Source of the DNA: Mobula hypostoma | Taxonomy: Eukaryota | Assembly (NCBI RefSeq): GCF_963921235.1 | Contig: NC_086108.1 | Coordinates: 22,816,001 to 22,880,000 of the forward strand | DNA: 64,000 bases | Direction of reading: 5' to 3' | In this document: positions 25,001 to 38,700 of the stretch, piece by piece | Numbering within the stretch: the first letter of the stretch is position 1 | How the letters are laid out: the number at the start of each line of letters is the position of its first letter | Notes under the pieces: generated by a model | Told to the model about the DNA's origin: nothing | Seen by the model: the letters and a program-made list of their open reading frames with translations, nothing else | Databases searched by the model: none | Position numbers and translations under genes: made by a program

Positions 25001-26925
25001 TTACTTCTCCTGAAGTTAATAATCAGCTCACTGGAATTGCTGATGTTGAGTAAGAGGTTGCATTTATGGAACCACTCAGCCAGATTTTCAACCTCCCTCC
25101 CAGATGCTTATTTGCCACCACCTTTGATTTGGCCTGCTTGCATTAAGAAAAAGAAGATAATTAAGGAGATGGTCGCTTCACTTATGGATAAAGGAGGGAA
25201 ATTGTGGCTGGAGTAGCTGAGGTACTAAATGAGTACTTTGTTTTGATATTTACTGAGGAGAAGGATTTGGAAGATAGTGATGGTGTTGTGGAGCATGCTG
25301 GGAGATAAAGGAGGAGGTAGGCAGTGGTGGGTCTTCTGAAAAGCATTAAGGTGGATAAATCCCCAGGGCCAAATAGCATTTACCCCAGATTATTGAAAAA
25401 CCAGGTGAGGAGATTACTGGGGCTTTGATGAAGATTCTTGTATCCTCACTAGCAACAGACAAGGCCCCAAAAGACTGAAAAGTGGCAAATGCTATTTCTT
25501 TAGTCTGGTAGAAAGGAAGCTCATGGAGAGGATACTGAGGGAAATGATTATGGTTAGGGCTACGTACATGTGGAAAAGCATGGCCTGCTTAGGGACAGTC
25601 AGCATAGTTCTGTCATGCCTTATGACCCTGATCATGTTTGTTGAGGTAACAAATGAGTTTGAAGAGTGTACGACAGTGGATGTTATCTGTCTGGACATTA
25701 GTAAGGCATTTGATAAGGTCCCTCATGGAAGGTTGATTCACAAGATAAAGATGCATGGGATCCAGGGTGAATTTCAAGTTTGGATTCAGAACTGGCTTGC
25801 CCATAGAAGAGAGAGATAGTGTTGTAGTCTATTATTCTAGCTGGAGGGCCATGACTAGTGGTATTCCACAAGGATCATTGCTGAGATCTCTGTTGTCTGT
25901 TATATATATATCAATAATTTGAGTTAAAATGTAGATGGGTGGACTAGCAAGTTTGCAGATGACACCATCATTGGTGGAGTTGTAGTCAGTGTAAAGGACT
26001 ATTAAAGAGTATAGCAGGATATAGAACAGTTGCTGATATGGCCAGAGACATGGCAGATGGAGTTTAATCTGGGTAAATGCGAGATGTTGTACTTTAGAAG
26101 ATCAAATGGAAAGAGAAAGTACACAATATTAGACCCCTTAGTAGTGTTGAAATACAGTGATCTTAGGAACAGGTGCACTGCTCTGCCGAGCATTGTGAGC
26201 ATGGTATGTTGGCACCAGAATGTGTGGCAACACTTGTGGGCTGCCCCAAAAACACCCTCATGTCTGTTGGTTGTGAACTCAAACAATGCATTTCACTGTA
26301 TGTTTAGATGCATACAGTACATGACAACCAAACTTGAAGCTCGCATCTTGCAAGTAGCTTTGCAAGTGGTAAAGAAGGTGTATGGCATGCCAGCCTTCAT
26401 TAGTAGAGGTGTTAAGTTTAAGACTAAGCAAGTCATGCTGCAGCTGTATAAAATGTCAGATCACACTTGAAACTTTGCGTTCAGTTCTGATCACCCGAGG
26501 ATCTGGACTCTGTGGAGAGGGCATAGAGGAGGCTTACCAGGCTGCTGCCTGGAATAGAGGGGATGAGCTAAGGAAAGTTAGAATAAACCCGGATTGTTCT
26601 TCTCAAATAATGGAGGTTAGGGGAGATCTGATAGAGGTTTTTAAAATTAAGAGGGGTAGATCAGGTAGACAGTAAGAATTCTTTCCCCAGGGTAGAAATG
26701 TCAAAGCTGAGGTGAGGGGTAAAGATTTTCATGTAAAGAGTGGTAGGTACCTAGACTTGTTTACCAGGGGTAGCGGTGGGAGAGGCAGGTTGGTGGAGTT
26801 AAGAGGCTTTTTAGATAGACACGTGACTATGAGGAGAGTGGAGGGGTATGGATGACATTTAGTATAAATTAGCACCGCAAAACGGTACATTATGGGCCCA
26901 ATGACCTGTCCATATTGTTCCATAT
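22060..26925 (+). mobile_element. Old near-full-length CR1 LINE with nested insertions
   Basis: ORF1 'SRVVISGLL', 'GFRFMDHW'; EN 'VLDLVLGNESGQ...GNSDH'; RT 'VDVICLDISKAFDKVPHGRLIHK', KFADD (aagtttgcagatgac, about 25950), 'WQMEFNLGKCE'; C-terminus 'RGDLIEVFKI'. Confidence 0.85.
24223..25134 (-). mobile_element. Rex1/Babar-like 3' fragment inserted into the CR1
   Basis: 'QSITGKALPTIEHIY...KAASIIRD...PGHALFSLLPSG'; tail (ttcaaag)2; candidate TSD TGCTT at 24218-24222 and 25135-25139; CR1 sequence resumes after it. Confidence 0.8.
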
Positions 26926-27291
26926 ACCATAATGAAATAAATGATGCAAAGAGAATTCTGTACAGTGAGCAGTTTATCCTGCTTTGACCCCATAGTCTTA
27001 CAGCCTGCTCAGTCACACTAGCTGAGTCACCACACCAAAGGAACAAAGGCTGGGTTTAAATAGCATGAAACCAGTTTCAACACTTCTAACCATTCGGTCA
27101 GGCAATATCCACAATTAGCTGCTTGATCAGTTCCTTGACACCGTTGCATGGCCAAGGTGATCAACCTTAGTTGCGAAATTGCCAATTACTGCAGTGTCCT
27201 AAGTCTTTAGAAGGCAAAAGATTCAAATCTCCTGGGGGATGCCATATTTCCTGAGATTAGATTGTAAAACTTACTTCTCTCTGCATCTCAG

Positions 27292-27582
27292 GTGTACGTA
27301 CGAGATTCCATGCTCTCATTTTGAAGAGAACCAGGGACTTCTTTCTGGCATCCTGGATTCTCACTCTAACCTGCCCCTGCAACCCTCACCATATTTGCAG
27401 AAGCAAATATGACGTCCTTAGCTCATGTACCCTGGTTTATCCGAAGCCCCAAACATCAGCCAGACCTTAATGATTTCCTGATTTACAATTCATTGAATTA
27501 TGATTGTCCTTTTTTGTGATTTGACAGCATAATTCACTTGAAATCATTTTTATGTATCTACCAGTCTCTGAGATTTAATAAA
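27292..27582 (+). other. Candidate terminal exon with polyA signal
   Basis: Pyrimidine-rich acceptor ttacttctctctgcatctcag|; 39 open codons to TGA 27410-27412; AATAAA at 27577-27582. Confidence 0.3.
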
Positions 27583-27989
27583 GTTTGGGATTTTGATCTT
27601 GCATGCATTCCAACATGGATTTAAAATAGCAGCTCTTTTACAGATTAAGTATATAACTTATGATTTGCTGTTGTTTACTCTAACATATCCTCCACTTTTC
27701 TGTCCTAACCCCCTCTTCAGATTTTATTGAGACACTTTTCTTTCTGTTTCTTTATCAAATTATTGTTCAGTTCTTCCTTTGTGACAAGATTGACTTCCTT
27801 TTGTGGAAGGAGCCTCCACACATGGGGCTGAATCAGTCAGGCTGTGGCCAGTGAACCAAGACTCAGTCTTGACTTTAGCTGCTGTGTGTGTAGAGCTTTC
27901 ACATTCTCCCTGTGTAGGCTATTTTAAGGCTGATAAAACAATTCCAGTTGAAGTTTGAGATGGAATTGGATGCATGTCCACTCTGGCAG

Positions 27990-28900
27990 AGTTTGCAGGC
28001 TAGTACTTCTACCAGTCAAAACCTAACATCATGAATGGCTGGGATGTTTCACTCCCAGATGAGCTCAACATCTTTTCTGCAGGCTTTGAACGGGAGAATG
28101 AAACTACACCTGTGTGAATCCCTGCAGCATCTGATGAGCCTGTAATCTCTGATTTGGAGGCTGTCATCAGAACATCTTACAAGAGGGCAAACCTAGCAAA
28201 GTGTTAGGCCCTTATTGTCTACCTGGTAAGGCAGTGAAAACCTGCCATCTAACTGGAGGGAGTGTTCAAGGACATCTTCAATCTCTCATTGCTGCTGCTG
28301 CAGGTTCCCACCTGTTTTAAAAGGGCAACAATCAAACCAGTGCCCAAGAAGAGCAGGGTGAGCTGCCTCAATGACAATTGTCCAGTGGCACTCTACTCAA
28401 TCGTGATGAAGTGCCTTGAGAGGTTGGTCATAGCCAGAATCAATTCCTGTCTAAGCAAAGACCTGGACCTGTTGTAGTTGCCTATTGCCTCAATAGGTCT
28501 ACAAGAGATGCAAACATACTGGGTCTCCTATCGGCCTTAGATCACCTGGACAATAGCAATAGCTATGTCAGGCTGCTGTTTACTGAATACAGCTTGGTGT
28601 TCAACACAATCATACCCTCAGTCCTAATAAAGAAGCTCCAACACCTGGGTCTGTGTACCTCCCACAGAACTGGATCCTTGACTTCCTCATTGGGAGGACA
28701 CAGTCAGTGCGGATCAGAATTAACATCTCCTCCTCGCTGACAGTCAACACTGGCTGACCTCAAGGATCCTTAGCCCACTGCTCTACTCCCTCTACACCCA
28801 TGACTGTGTGGTTAGGCACAACTCAAATGCCATATATAAATTTGCCGATGACACATCTGTTGTTGGAAGAATTTCAGATGGTGACGAAGAGGCATACAGG
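27990..28900 (+). mobile_element. Rex1/Babar-like RT fragment
   Basis: 'FKDIFNLSL...[30 protein letters not shown]...MKCLERLV'; YKFADD (tataaatttgccgatgac, about 28835). Confidence 0.88.
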
Positions 28901-30734
28901 TTATGAGAAGAAAAGCAATCCTTGCAAGGCTATGATAGCTGGAGATAGGAATGTCTTACCTAACAAACATTTACCCTGGTTCTTTACCACCACAAGCAAT
29001 CACATGACATCATCTGATCAGGAAATTTAAGCAGCGTGTTCAACTGAGGTCCAGATGTTTGACCTGCTGTGTGTCATACACACTGTACTGTATATCCTCT
29101 AAAATCTATTGTAGCCCATCAGTTTTCATACCAAATCCACTTACAGGTATAGGTACTTCTCTCTGTCTATGTACTTTCCCATGTTTCCATCCATCATGTC
29201 ACTATTGACACTTAATTCACTGTCCACAATCCTTGTGGAACATTAGTCACGTCTCTCCCTTGCAAATCTCCCCAACATTTATTTATCTGTCTGTTCAGCA
29301 CTTCTCAGAATCATAAATCTCAGTAAATTGGAGTAATATATACACCAAGAATCCACGCGAGGTGCATTAAGTGCTTATTATATGGATAAAAATTGCATTA
29401 GTTATTTGTAAAGTGGGAGAACTGCACATCAGATGGTGGACCGTGGTTACTTATGAATAAATGATCGTGAACAGTTGGATTCATAGCATAATCCAAGGCA
29501 GAAATGAGCCTTTCAGTACATTTTGTCCATGTTGTGCAAAATACCCATCTATACTAACCCTATATGCCTGTATTTGGCTCTATCCTTTCCTATCCATGTA
29601 CTTGTTTTCTGATTGTTGACAGTGTTTGTAATCTTGGAGAATTCAGTGTGAGTTATGGAACATTGATAGTGGGTTAACGAGTTGAGCTTGGAGGAGGGGT
29701 TCCAACCATGTGATCTTATTGAGTGCAGTCAATGTTACCTGCACTGTGGAGCTACGAGCAAGGGAAAGATTTGGAAGGTCGGTCATCTAAATGTAGCATC
29801 AGTAGCTGAGTGGGGCGGTTGTATTCATGTTGATTTGGGACAGTAAGGTTACTTATGAGAAGTTACATTAAAGTAATGGATTACAGACAGTGTTATAATT
29901 GCTGTAATTTGGGAAATTATACTAATTAGGTGATTATGAAATGGGTGAAGTGGTCATAATGTGAGTGATGGTTTAGGGATGAGGCATAGTTTATTCATGA
30001 ATCATGGATTAATGGCAATGGGCTATTGGGTTGTAAAATGGGAGGTCTCATGTCAGGAGTTGATTGTGGGGAGTGAATTACATCTAATTTCACCAGATAT
30101 CTGCTGTCCTTACCTATTCTGACCCAAACATGTTTCTAGACACACCATTCCCATCTGAAACAACCTAGCAAGCCAAGTACAAGGGTAGATAGGATGGGCA
30201 ATAAATACGTGCCTTACAGGTAAAGCTCACATCTTTCAGCTATGGAGAGGAATTGAGTTTGGTCTATGTAATACAGTTGCAGTGCAGTGGAAATTACATG
30301 GGTGGCTGATTGTGGGCACTGAGATGTAGTAGCCCATATTGATGCCCTCAATTTTGAAGCAACTTTACATTTTAGAAATGCTGCCGGAAAATTAATATTG
30401 AATTATGGTCAAGTCCTCACTGGGAGGAGCCGCAAATCTCTACTTGCTTCAAAACCAAGCTATCATTTTACTTTCCAATCATCTTCCTCTGAGAGGGGCC
30501 ATCAGCAGGCACACAGCCATGCTCCCAGGTTTTGGGTGGGGTACATGACAGGTTGGGTTCCTGTCGTGAAGAATAGGGACAGAGCAATGATTCGCGATAA
30601 GTAGACAGCTCCTCCTGATCATTTCACCCATGTTATGGTCTGAGGCATTAGATAATCTTCTGATTGACCTTTATTGTACTGATTGCCCATCCTTGAGAAA
30701 ATAGGAATCACTTCTGGTTAGGCTACATCTAAAG

Positions 30735-31250
30735 AATTGCATTCAGTTCTATTCTCACCCATTATAGGAAGGGTGTGGAAGTTTTGAAAAGATTGCAGAA
30801 GAAGTTTGCCGTGATACTGCCTGGATTAGAGGGCGTATGCTATAAGGAGATACTGGATAAATTTGTGTTGTTTTCTGTGGAGCAGCGGAGGCTGAGGGAA
30901 GTTTTTATGATTGTGTGAGGCATAGGTCAAGTCGACTACTGGTATCTTTTTCCCAGGCTTGACTACTAATACTAGAGAATGTACATTTACGGAGGGGGGT
31001 GGGTATAGTTGGTATATGTTCTAAGGAGGAGTGTGGAACAAAATTTTGTACAGTGATGAGTGCCTGAAATGCACTGACAAGGTGGGAATGGAGGGAGATA
31101 CAATACAATAGAGACTCTTAGACAGGCACATGAAAACGCAGAGAATAGAGGAATATGAATATTGTGTAGGCATAAGTGACTATTTCAGTTAGTTTGGATA
31201 ACATTATGAGCCGAACAGTCTGTTCTTGTTCTGTGCTGTTTTATATTCTG
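30735..31250 (+). mobile_element. CR1 3' fragment
   Basis: 'cagttctattctcacccattataggaag...tgcctggattagagggc...gaggctgaggg' CR1 C-terminal signature; tail 'ctgtgctgttttatattct'. Confidence 0.7.
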
Positions 31251-31414
31251 AGTTGCCAACATTTATATAACTGCCTGGTACAAGTAAAAGTAAGAAAGGC
31301 TGTTTTTAATGATTTATTTGGCAAATTAATAATCTTTGAAGTAAAGTCCATGGAAAGGAACTGCTCCCCAAGATTGTCTCTCACCTACAACCTCTGTGGA
31401 GCTCAGTGCATCCA

Positions 31415-32130
31415 TAATAGAGTCATAGAGGCATAAGGCACTACAGCACAGAAACAGACCCTTCACCAGCAAGTCCATGCCGAACTGTAATTTTGCCTAA
31501 TCTTGTTCCACCCGCACCTGGACCACAGCTCTCCATACCCCTCCCACTCAGCAAACTTCTCTTAAATGCCACAATCAAACTTGCATCCACCACTTCCATT
31601 GGCAGCTCATTCAACATTTGTACCACCCTTGGAGTGAAGAAGCTTCCCTTCAGGTTCCCCTTAAATAGTTCACCTTTCACCCTTAACCTATGATCTCTAG
31701 TTCTAGTCTCACCCAACCTCGGTGGAAACAGCCTGATTGCATTATACCCCTCATAATTCTGTATACCTTTATCATATCTCCCCTCATTCTCCTATGCTCA
31801 TCACTTTTAAGTCCTAACTGTACAACTTTTCCCTATAACTCCGGTCATCAAATTCCAGCAATAGCTTTGTAAATCTTCTCTGTACATTTCAATCATATTG
31901 ATAACTTTCCTAAAGGTAGATGACCAGAACTGCAGGCAATGTTCCAAATTTGGCCTCACAAATGACTTGTGTAACTTCAACTTAACATCCCAACTACTGT
32001 ACTATTTATGAAGGCCAATGTGCCAAAAGCTCTCTTAATGACCCTATCTAGCTGTGATGCCACTGTCAATGAATTATGGATCTGTATTTCAAGATCACTT
32101 TGTTTTATCACACTCCTCAGTGCCCTTATC
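31415..32130 (-). mobile_element. CR1 3' fragment
   Basis: 'GETRTRDHRLRVKGELFKGNLKGSFFTPRVVQMLNELPMEVVDA...FKRSL'. Confidence 0.82.
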
Positions 32131-33109
32131 ATGTACTGTAGGGCATGGTCCTAATTCATGCCAAGTCACCGTCACCCATGTGCTCAGTGCCTTCTACTGG
32201 TCCCCAGCCCAGTGATTTTAAAATGCACAGCCTGGTTTACAAGCCCTTCTCCTACCTCATCGCCCCCCCGCCCCCCGTAACATCTCTGTAACATCCATCA
32301 GTTCTTCAAGTCTCTAAGAAACCTGTGCTCCTCCAGTTTTGGCTGCTTGCACATTCCAATTTGACCCTCTCCCCCACTTCACTATCCTCTTTTAGGACTC
32401 TCCAGGTGACACAATATTTTATCAAGACTTTGTTCAATTATTATCTTATGCTCACTGTATATTCAATTTGCTTAGAGAGAAATGAGATAAGCACAGAATG
32501 AAAACCTTTGACTATAGTCTGCACCAACCACCACCTATTTTTTTTTACTATTTCTACTCTAACCTATTTTATTCTCCTAATTTACCAATAGATTGATCTA
32601 CTCTGCAGGAGCACTGCCACAGGGAGAAGGTGCACTCGAGATCAGAACAGAACCGGTTCTTCGGAGCTGTGAAGCAATGGCTCTGCCTTTTTGTGCCACT
32701 GTGCTGCTACGTGTCTTTGTTTATGTGAAGCTCTTTATGATTTCTTACTCTGGTAAAGGCTGTATGGAAATGGCATTTAAATGGTGAGCAGCTTGACCTC
32801 CCAATTGTAAATGCTCCTCCAGCAGCTCTTCCAAGAGAATGAACAGGAACCTATTTTCAGCTCTTTATCAAAGCTTTACCAATAGCTTGGAGAAGATATC
32901 ACTAAAGACAGCCCAGTTAAGACTGATGTCATTCCACAGATGTCATTCTGCTTCAAGGCAAACCGTCAAGACCCACAGACAGTGGGAGAGATCTGGATGG
33001 AAGGATTTGGGCAATTGGCAGCTGGGGACAGAAGACCATTCAAGTGTGTGACAGTGATTGATCGTGACTTTATTTCTCCCTGAGAAAAAACATTAGCTTG
33101 TAACTCCAG

Positions 33110-34775
33110 GCAACATACATAAAATGCTAGAGGAACTCAACAGGTCTGGAAACATCTATGGAAATGAAGAAATAGTCGCTATTTCAGGCTGAGACCCTTC
33201 TTCAGGACCGAAATGAAAGGGGAAGACACCAGAATAAAAAGGTGGGGGAGGGGAAGGAGATAGCTAGGTGATAGATGAAGCCAAATTGGTAGGAAAGGTA
33301 AAGGGCTGCAGAAGAAGGACTCTGATAGGAGAGGAGAAAGGGAAGGAGGAGGGGATCCAGGGGGAAGTGAAAGGCAGCTGAGAAGTGGTAAACGGTCAGA
33401 GTGGGGAATAGTAGAAGATGATGGGAGGAGGAGGAAACAATTTTTTTCCACAAGGAGAAATCGATGTTCATGCCATCAGGTTGGAGGCTACCCAGAAGGA
33501 ATATAAGGTGTTGCTCCACCACCCTGAAGGTGACCTCATCTTGGCACAAAAGGATGCCATGGACTGACATGTCAGAACGGCAATGGGAAATGGAATTAAA
33601 AAGTTTGGCTACTGGGAAGTTCCACTTTGTGTGGATGGATAAGTCCCGGGAGGGAGATTAGTGGGGAGGGACCCAATTCCTGCAGAAAGCAGAGGGGGAG
33701 TGATAAAAAATACGTTTATTGGTAGGATCCCTTTGGAAATGGCAGAATTGCAGAGGATGATATGTTGGATGGGGATGCTCATGGGATGGTGGATAAGGTC
33801 AAGAGGAATTTTATCCCTGTTAAGGCGGCAGGAAGATGGGGTGAGTGCAGATGAATGGGAAATGGAGGAGATGTGGGTGAGGGTAGTATCAATGGTGGAT
33901 GGAGAGAAAACCCATTCTTTGAAGAAGGAAGACATCTCTGATGTCCTGGAGAAGAAAGCCACATCCTGGGATCAGATGCAGCAGAGGCTAAGAAAAGGGA
34001 ATAGAATTTTAATGGGAGATAGGGTGGGAAGAGGTATAGTCAAGATAACTATGGGAATGTTAGGTTTATAAAAGATGTCAGTTGACAGTTTGTCTCTAGA
34101 GATGGAGACAGAGAGATCAAGAAAAGTTAGGGAGGTTGCAGAAATGGAGCAAGTGAATTTAAGGGCAGGGTGGAAGTTGGAGGCAAAGTTGATTAAATTG
34201 ATGAGCTCAGCATGGGTGCATGAAGCAGCACCAGCGTAGTTGTCAATACAGCAGAGGGAGAGTTGGGGAGTATTACCGGGGAAGGCTTCAAACATAGACT
34301 GTTATACAGAGCCAATAAAGGGGCAAGCATGGTTGGGGCCCATGCAGGTGCCTACGGCTACCCCTCGAGTTTGGAGAAAATGGTGGAGGCAAGAGAAAAA
34401 TTATTGAAGGTGAGGACCAGTTCTGTCAGATGGAGGAGGGGAGTTGGATGATTCTTTTGTTAAAAAAGTGGAGAGCATTGAGGCTTTCTTGATGGGAGAT
34501 AGATTGTATAAGAACTAGACATCCATGATGAAAATGAGGCAGTCAGGTCCAGAAAACTGAAAGTTACTGAGGAGATTGAGAGCATAAGCTGTCACAGATG
34601 TAGGAGGGAAGAGACTGAACCAATGGGGATAGAATGGCATTGAGGTATGAGGACATGAGTTTGGTGGGGCAGAAACAGGCAGACAATATGCCCACCTGGA
34701 CAGTTAGGTTTATGGATCTTGGGTAGGAGGTAGAAGTGAGCAGTGCAGGATAAGGGAACTATGAGGTGGGTGGGT
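33110..34775 (-). mobile_element. Penelope-like retroelement, decayed
   Basis: PLE RT motifs 'FYLLPKIHKPNCPG', 'CIDNY' (YIDD remnant), 'FHPALKFT', 'LTFLDLSVSISRDKLSTDIFYKP'; endonuclease C-terminal remnant 'EQHLIFLLGSLQPDGMNIDF'; terminal hammerhead motif. Confidence 0.88.
33174..33210 (-). ncRNA. Degenerate minimal type I hammerhead ribozyme in the PLE terminal region
   Basis: Minus strand reads cggtc-CTGAAGA-agg-gtctcag-cct-GAAA-tagc-gact: CUGANGA and GAAA cores, 3-bp stem II, stem I ggtc/gact; stem III and the cleavage triplet deviate from GAAAC-GUC. Confidence 0.65.
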
Positions 34776-35109
34776 GGCTTGTAACTCAATTTCTTTTATT
34801 TGTGTTATTACTTCTAGATTTTCTATTAATTTACTGTTCTCTTTTCCTATATCCGCAACCTCCCCTTATCGCAGAACCGGTTCACTGAGTGATTCTACCA
34901 TCCTACAGAACCTCTCAGAACTTAATTGCTCCCTGCCACCATCCCTGAGAACATCCCTTCTGATTATCCTCTTTCCTATCATCTGCTCTCATCTCCCTTT
35001 TCTCATGAATGATCACAATAGGGGTTCACTGGGACTACTCAGCTCCAAAGCTCACTACAGGCTATGTCCGAACAGCAACTGAAGTGCTAAACTCCAGTGA
35101 GCTGAGAGC

Positions 35110-35730
35110 GATTGTCCTTTGACACCAAGCTGGCATTTGACAGTATGTGGCATTGGAGCCTGGGTAAAGTCAGTTAATCAGCATCAATGGAAAAAATATT
35201 CGCAATGGTTGGAATCTCACAGATGGTTGCAGTTATCAGAGGTTTCTCACCCCAACCAGAGGACATCATGACAGGAGTTGTTCAGGACAGTACACTAGGC
35301 CCAGCCATTTCAGCCACTTCATCAAGGAATTTCCTTTCAATGTCAGGTCAGAATTGAGAAGGTTCATTAATGATTGCCCTATGTTCAATTCTATTTCAAT
35401 TTCCTCAGAAAATAAACTGTAATGTGGGTAATGTTCAGGCTAGACAATATATATCTCCAATAAGAGACTGTATCATCACTTTTCTCTCACTCTCACACTC
35501 TCTGTCACTCTGACACACTACTATCAATAGGTCTCCCACAATTAACAATTAGGAAGAGTAACCAGGGAACAGAAATACAGAAATTCAACAGGACCTGTCA
35601 GATAAACACAATGGGTAAAGGGAAGTTCAGGGACTGGATATCGCTTTCTGAGTGGCTCTTCTGATAAGCAAAACTGTTCTACCATTTATAAAATCCAAGT
35701 TAAAAATGTAATGGAATGCTCTCAATCTGT
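35110..35730 (+). mobile_element. Ancient CR1/L2-like RT remnant
   Basis: Eroded motifs AFDSMWH (gcatttgacagtatgtggcat), GVVQDSTLGP (GVPQGSVLGP-like) and FIND (FADD position). Confidence 0.5.
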
Positions 35731-35767
35731 CAGAGAAACTCCACCGATTCCCTTCCCCATCACTTCT

Positions 35768-38700
35768 CCACTCACCTTACCACTCCAACCACGCGAACTG
35801 ACCCACTACCTTCCCATTCCATTCCAACCCCATGAACTGACCCACTCACCTTACCATCCCAACCCCATGAACTGATCCATGCACCTTACCATTCCATTCG
35901 AACCCCATGAACTGACCCACTCACGTTACCATTCCAACCCAACACCATGAACTGACCCACTCACCTTACCATTCCACTCCAAACCCATGAACTGACCCAC
36001 TCACCTTAGCATCCTAACCCAAACCCATGATCTGACCCACTCACCTTACCATTCCACTCCAAACCCATGAACTGACCCACTCACCTTACTATTCCAACCC
36101 AACCCCATGAACTGACCATTCGCCTTACCACGCCAATCCAACCCCATGAACTGACCCACTCACCTTACAATTCCAACCGCATGAATTGACCCACTCACCT
36201 TACCATTCCAACCCCATGACCTGACCCTCTCACATTACCACTCCAATCCAACCACATGACTGACCACTCACCTCACCATTCCATTCCAACCGCATGAACT
36301 GAAACACTCACCTTACAATCCCAACCCCATGAACTGACCCACTCACGTTATCATTCCAACCCAACCCCATGAACTGACGCAATCACCTTACCGTTCCATT
36401 CCAACCACATGAACTGACCCACTCACGTTACCACTCCATTCCAACCCCATGAACTGACCTACTCACCTGATAATTCCATTCCAAACCCCATGAACTGACC
36501 CACTCACCTTACCATGCCAACTCCACGACCTGACCCAATCACCTTCCCATTCCAACCCCATGAACTGACCCACTCACCTTACCATTCCAAACCAACCCCA
36601 TGAACTGACACAGTCATGTTAGCACTCCATTCCAACCCCATGAACTGACCAACTCACCTAACCACTCCAGCCCCTGAACTGACCCACTCACCTTACCATT
36701 CCAACCCCATGAACTGACCCACTCACCTTACCATTCCAAACCAACCCCATGAACTGACCCACTCACCTTACCACTCCAAACCAATCTCATGAACTGACCC
36801 TTTCAACTTACCATTCCACTCCAACCGCATGAACTGACCCACTAACCCTACCATTCCAACCCCATGAACGGACCCACTTACTTACCACTCCAACTCCATG
36901 AACTGACACACTCACCTTACCATTACATTCCAACCCCATGAACTGACCCATTCACCTTACCATTCCAACCACATGAACTGACCCACTCACCTTACTATTC
37001 CAATCCGATGAAGTGACCCACTCACCTTAGCACTCCAACCCCATGAATTGACCCACTGACATTACCACTCCAACCCCATTTACTGATCCACTCACCTTAC
37101 CATTCCAAATGCATGAATTGACCCACTCACCTTACCATCCCAACCCCATGAACTGACCCACTCACGTTACCACTCCAATCCAATCCCATGAACTGACCTA
37201 CTCACCTGATAATTCCATTCCATACCCCATGAACTGACCCACTCATCTTACCATTCCAACCCCATGAACTGTCCCACTCAGCTTAACACTCCAACCCCAT
37301 GAACTGACCCATTCACCTTACCATTCAACTCCAACCCCATGAACTGTCCCTCTCGCCTTAGTATTCCAACCCCATAAACTGACCCACTCACTTTACCATT
37401 CCACTCCAACCCCATGAACTGAACCACTCACCTTACCATTCCACACCGAACCCATGAACTGACCCACTCAATTTACCATTCCATCCCCATAAACTGACCC
37501 ACTCACCTTACCATTCGAACCCCATGAACTGACCAACTCACCTTTCCACTCCAACCCAATGAACTGACCCACTCACCATTCCACTCCAACCCCATGAACT
37601 GAGCCATTCACCTTACCATTCCACTCCAACCCCATGAACTGACCTCACACCTTACAATTCCAACCCCATGAACTCAACCACTCACCTTACCATTCCATTC
37701 CAATCCCATGAACTGACCCACTCGCCTTACCACTCTAACCCAATGAACTGCCCCACTCAATTTACCATTCCAACCCTATGAACTGACCCACTCACCTTAC
37801 CATTCTATTCCAACCCCATGGACTAACCCACTCACCTTACCAATACAACCCCATGAATTGACCCATTTACCTTACCACTACAACCCCATGAATTGACCCA
37901 CTCACGTTACCATTCCAACCCAACCCCATGAACTGACCCACTCACCTGACCATTCCATTCCAAACCCCATGAACTTAGCCACTACACTGACCACTCCAAA
38001 CCAACCCGATGAAATGACCCACTCACCTTACCATTCCATTCCAAACCCCGTGAACTTAGCCACTAAACTGACCACTCCAAACCAACCCGATGAATTGACC
38101 CATTCAGCTTACTACTGCACTCCAACCCCATCAACTGACCCACTCACCTTACCATTCCAACCCCATGAACTGACCCACTCACCTTACCATTCCATCCCCA
38201 TAAACTGACCCACTCACCTTACCATTCCATTCCAAACCCCATGAACAGGTCCACTCACTTTACCACTCCAAACCAACTCCATGAATTGACCCATTCAGCT
38301 TACTACTACACTCCAACCCCATCAACTGAAACACTCACCTTACCATTCCAAATCAACCCAATGAACTGACCCACTCACCTCACCACTCCAATCCCATGAA
38401 TTGAACCACTGACCTTACCAGTCCAACCCCATAAACTGACCCACTCACCTCACCACTCCAAACCCATGAATTGAGCCACTCACGTTACCATTCCAACCCC
38501 AAGAACTGACCCACTCAGCTTAACACTCCAACCCCATGAACTGACCCATTCACCATACCATTCAACTCCAACCCCATGAACTGACCCACTTACCATTCCG
38601 CTCCAACCCCAGGAAATGACCCACTCCACTTACCACTCCAACCCAATGAACTGACCAACTCACCTTACCACTCCAACCCCATGAACTGACCCACTCACCT

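Noticed and set aside
32593..33083. Short ORFs in apparently unique sequence
   Set aside because: No recognisable motif or convincing splice signals; lengths are within chance expectation.
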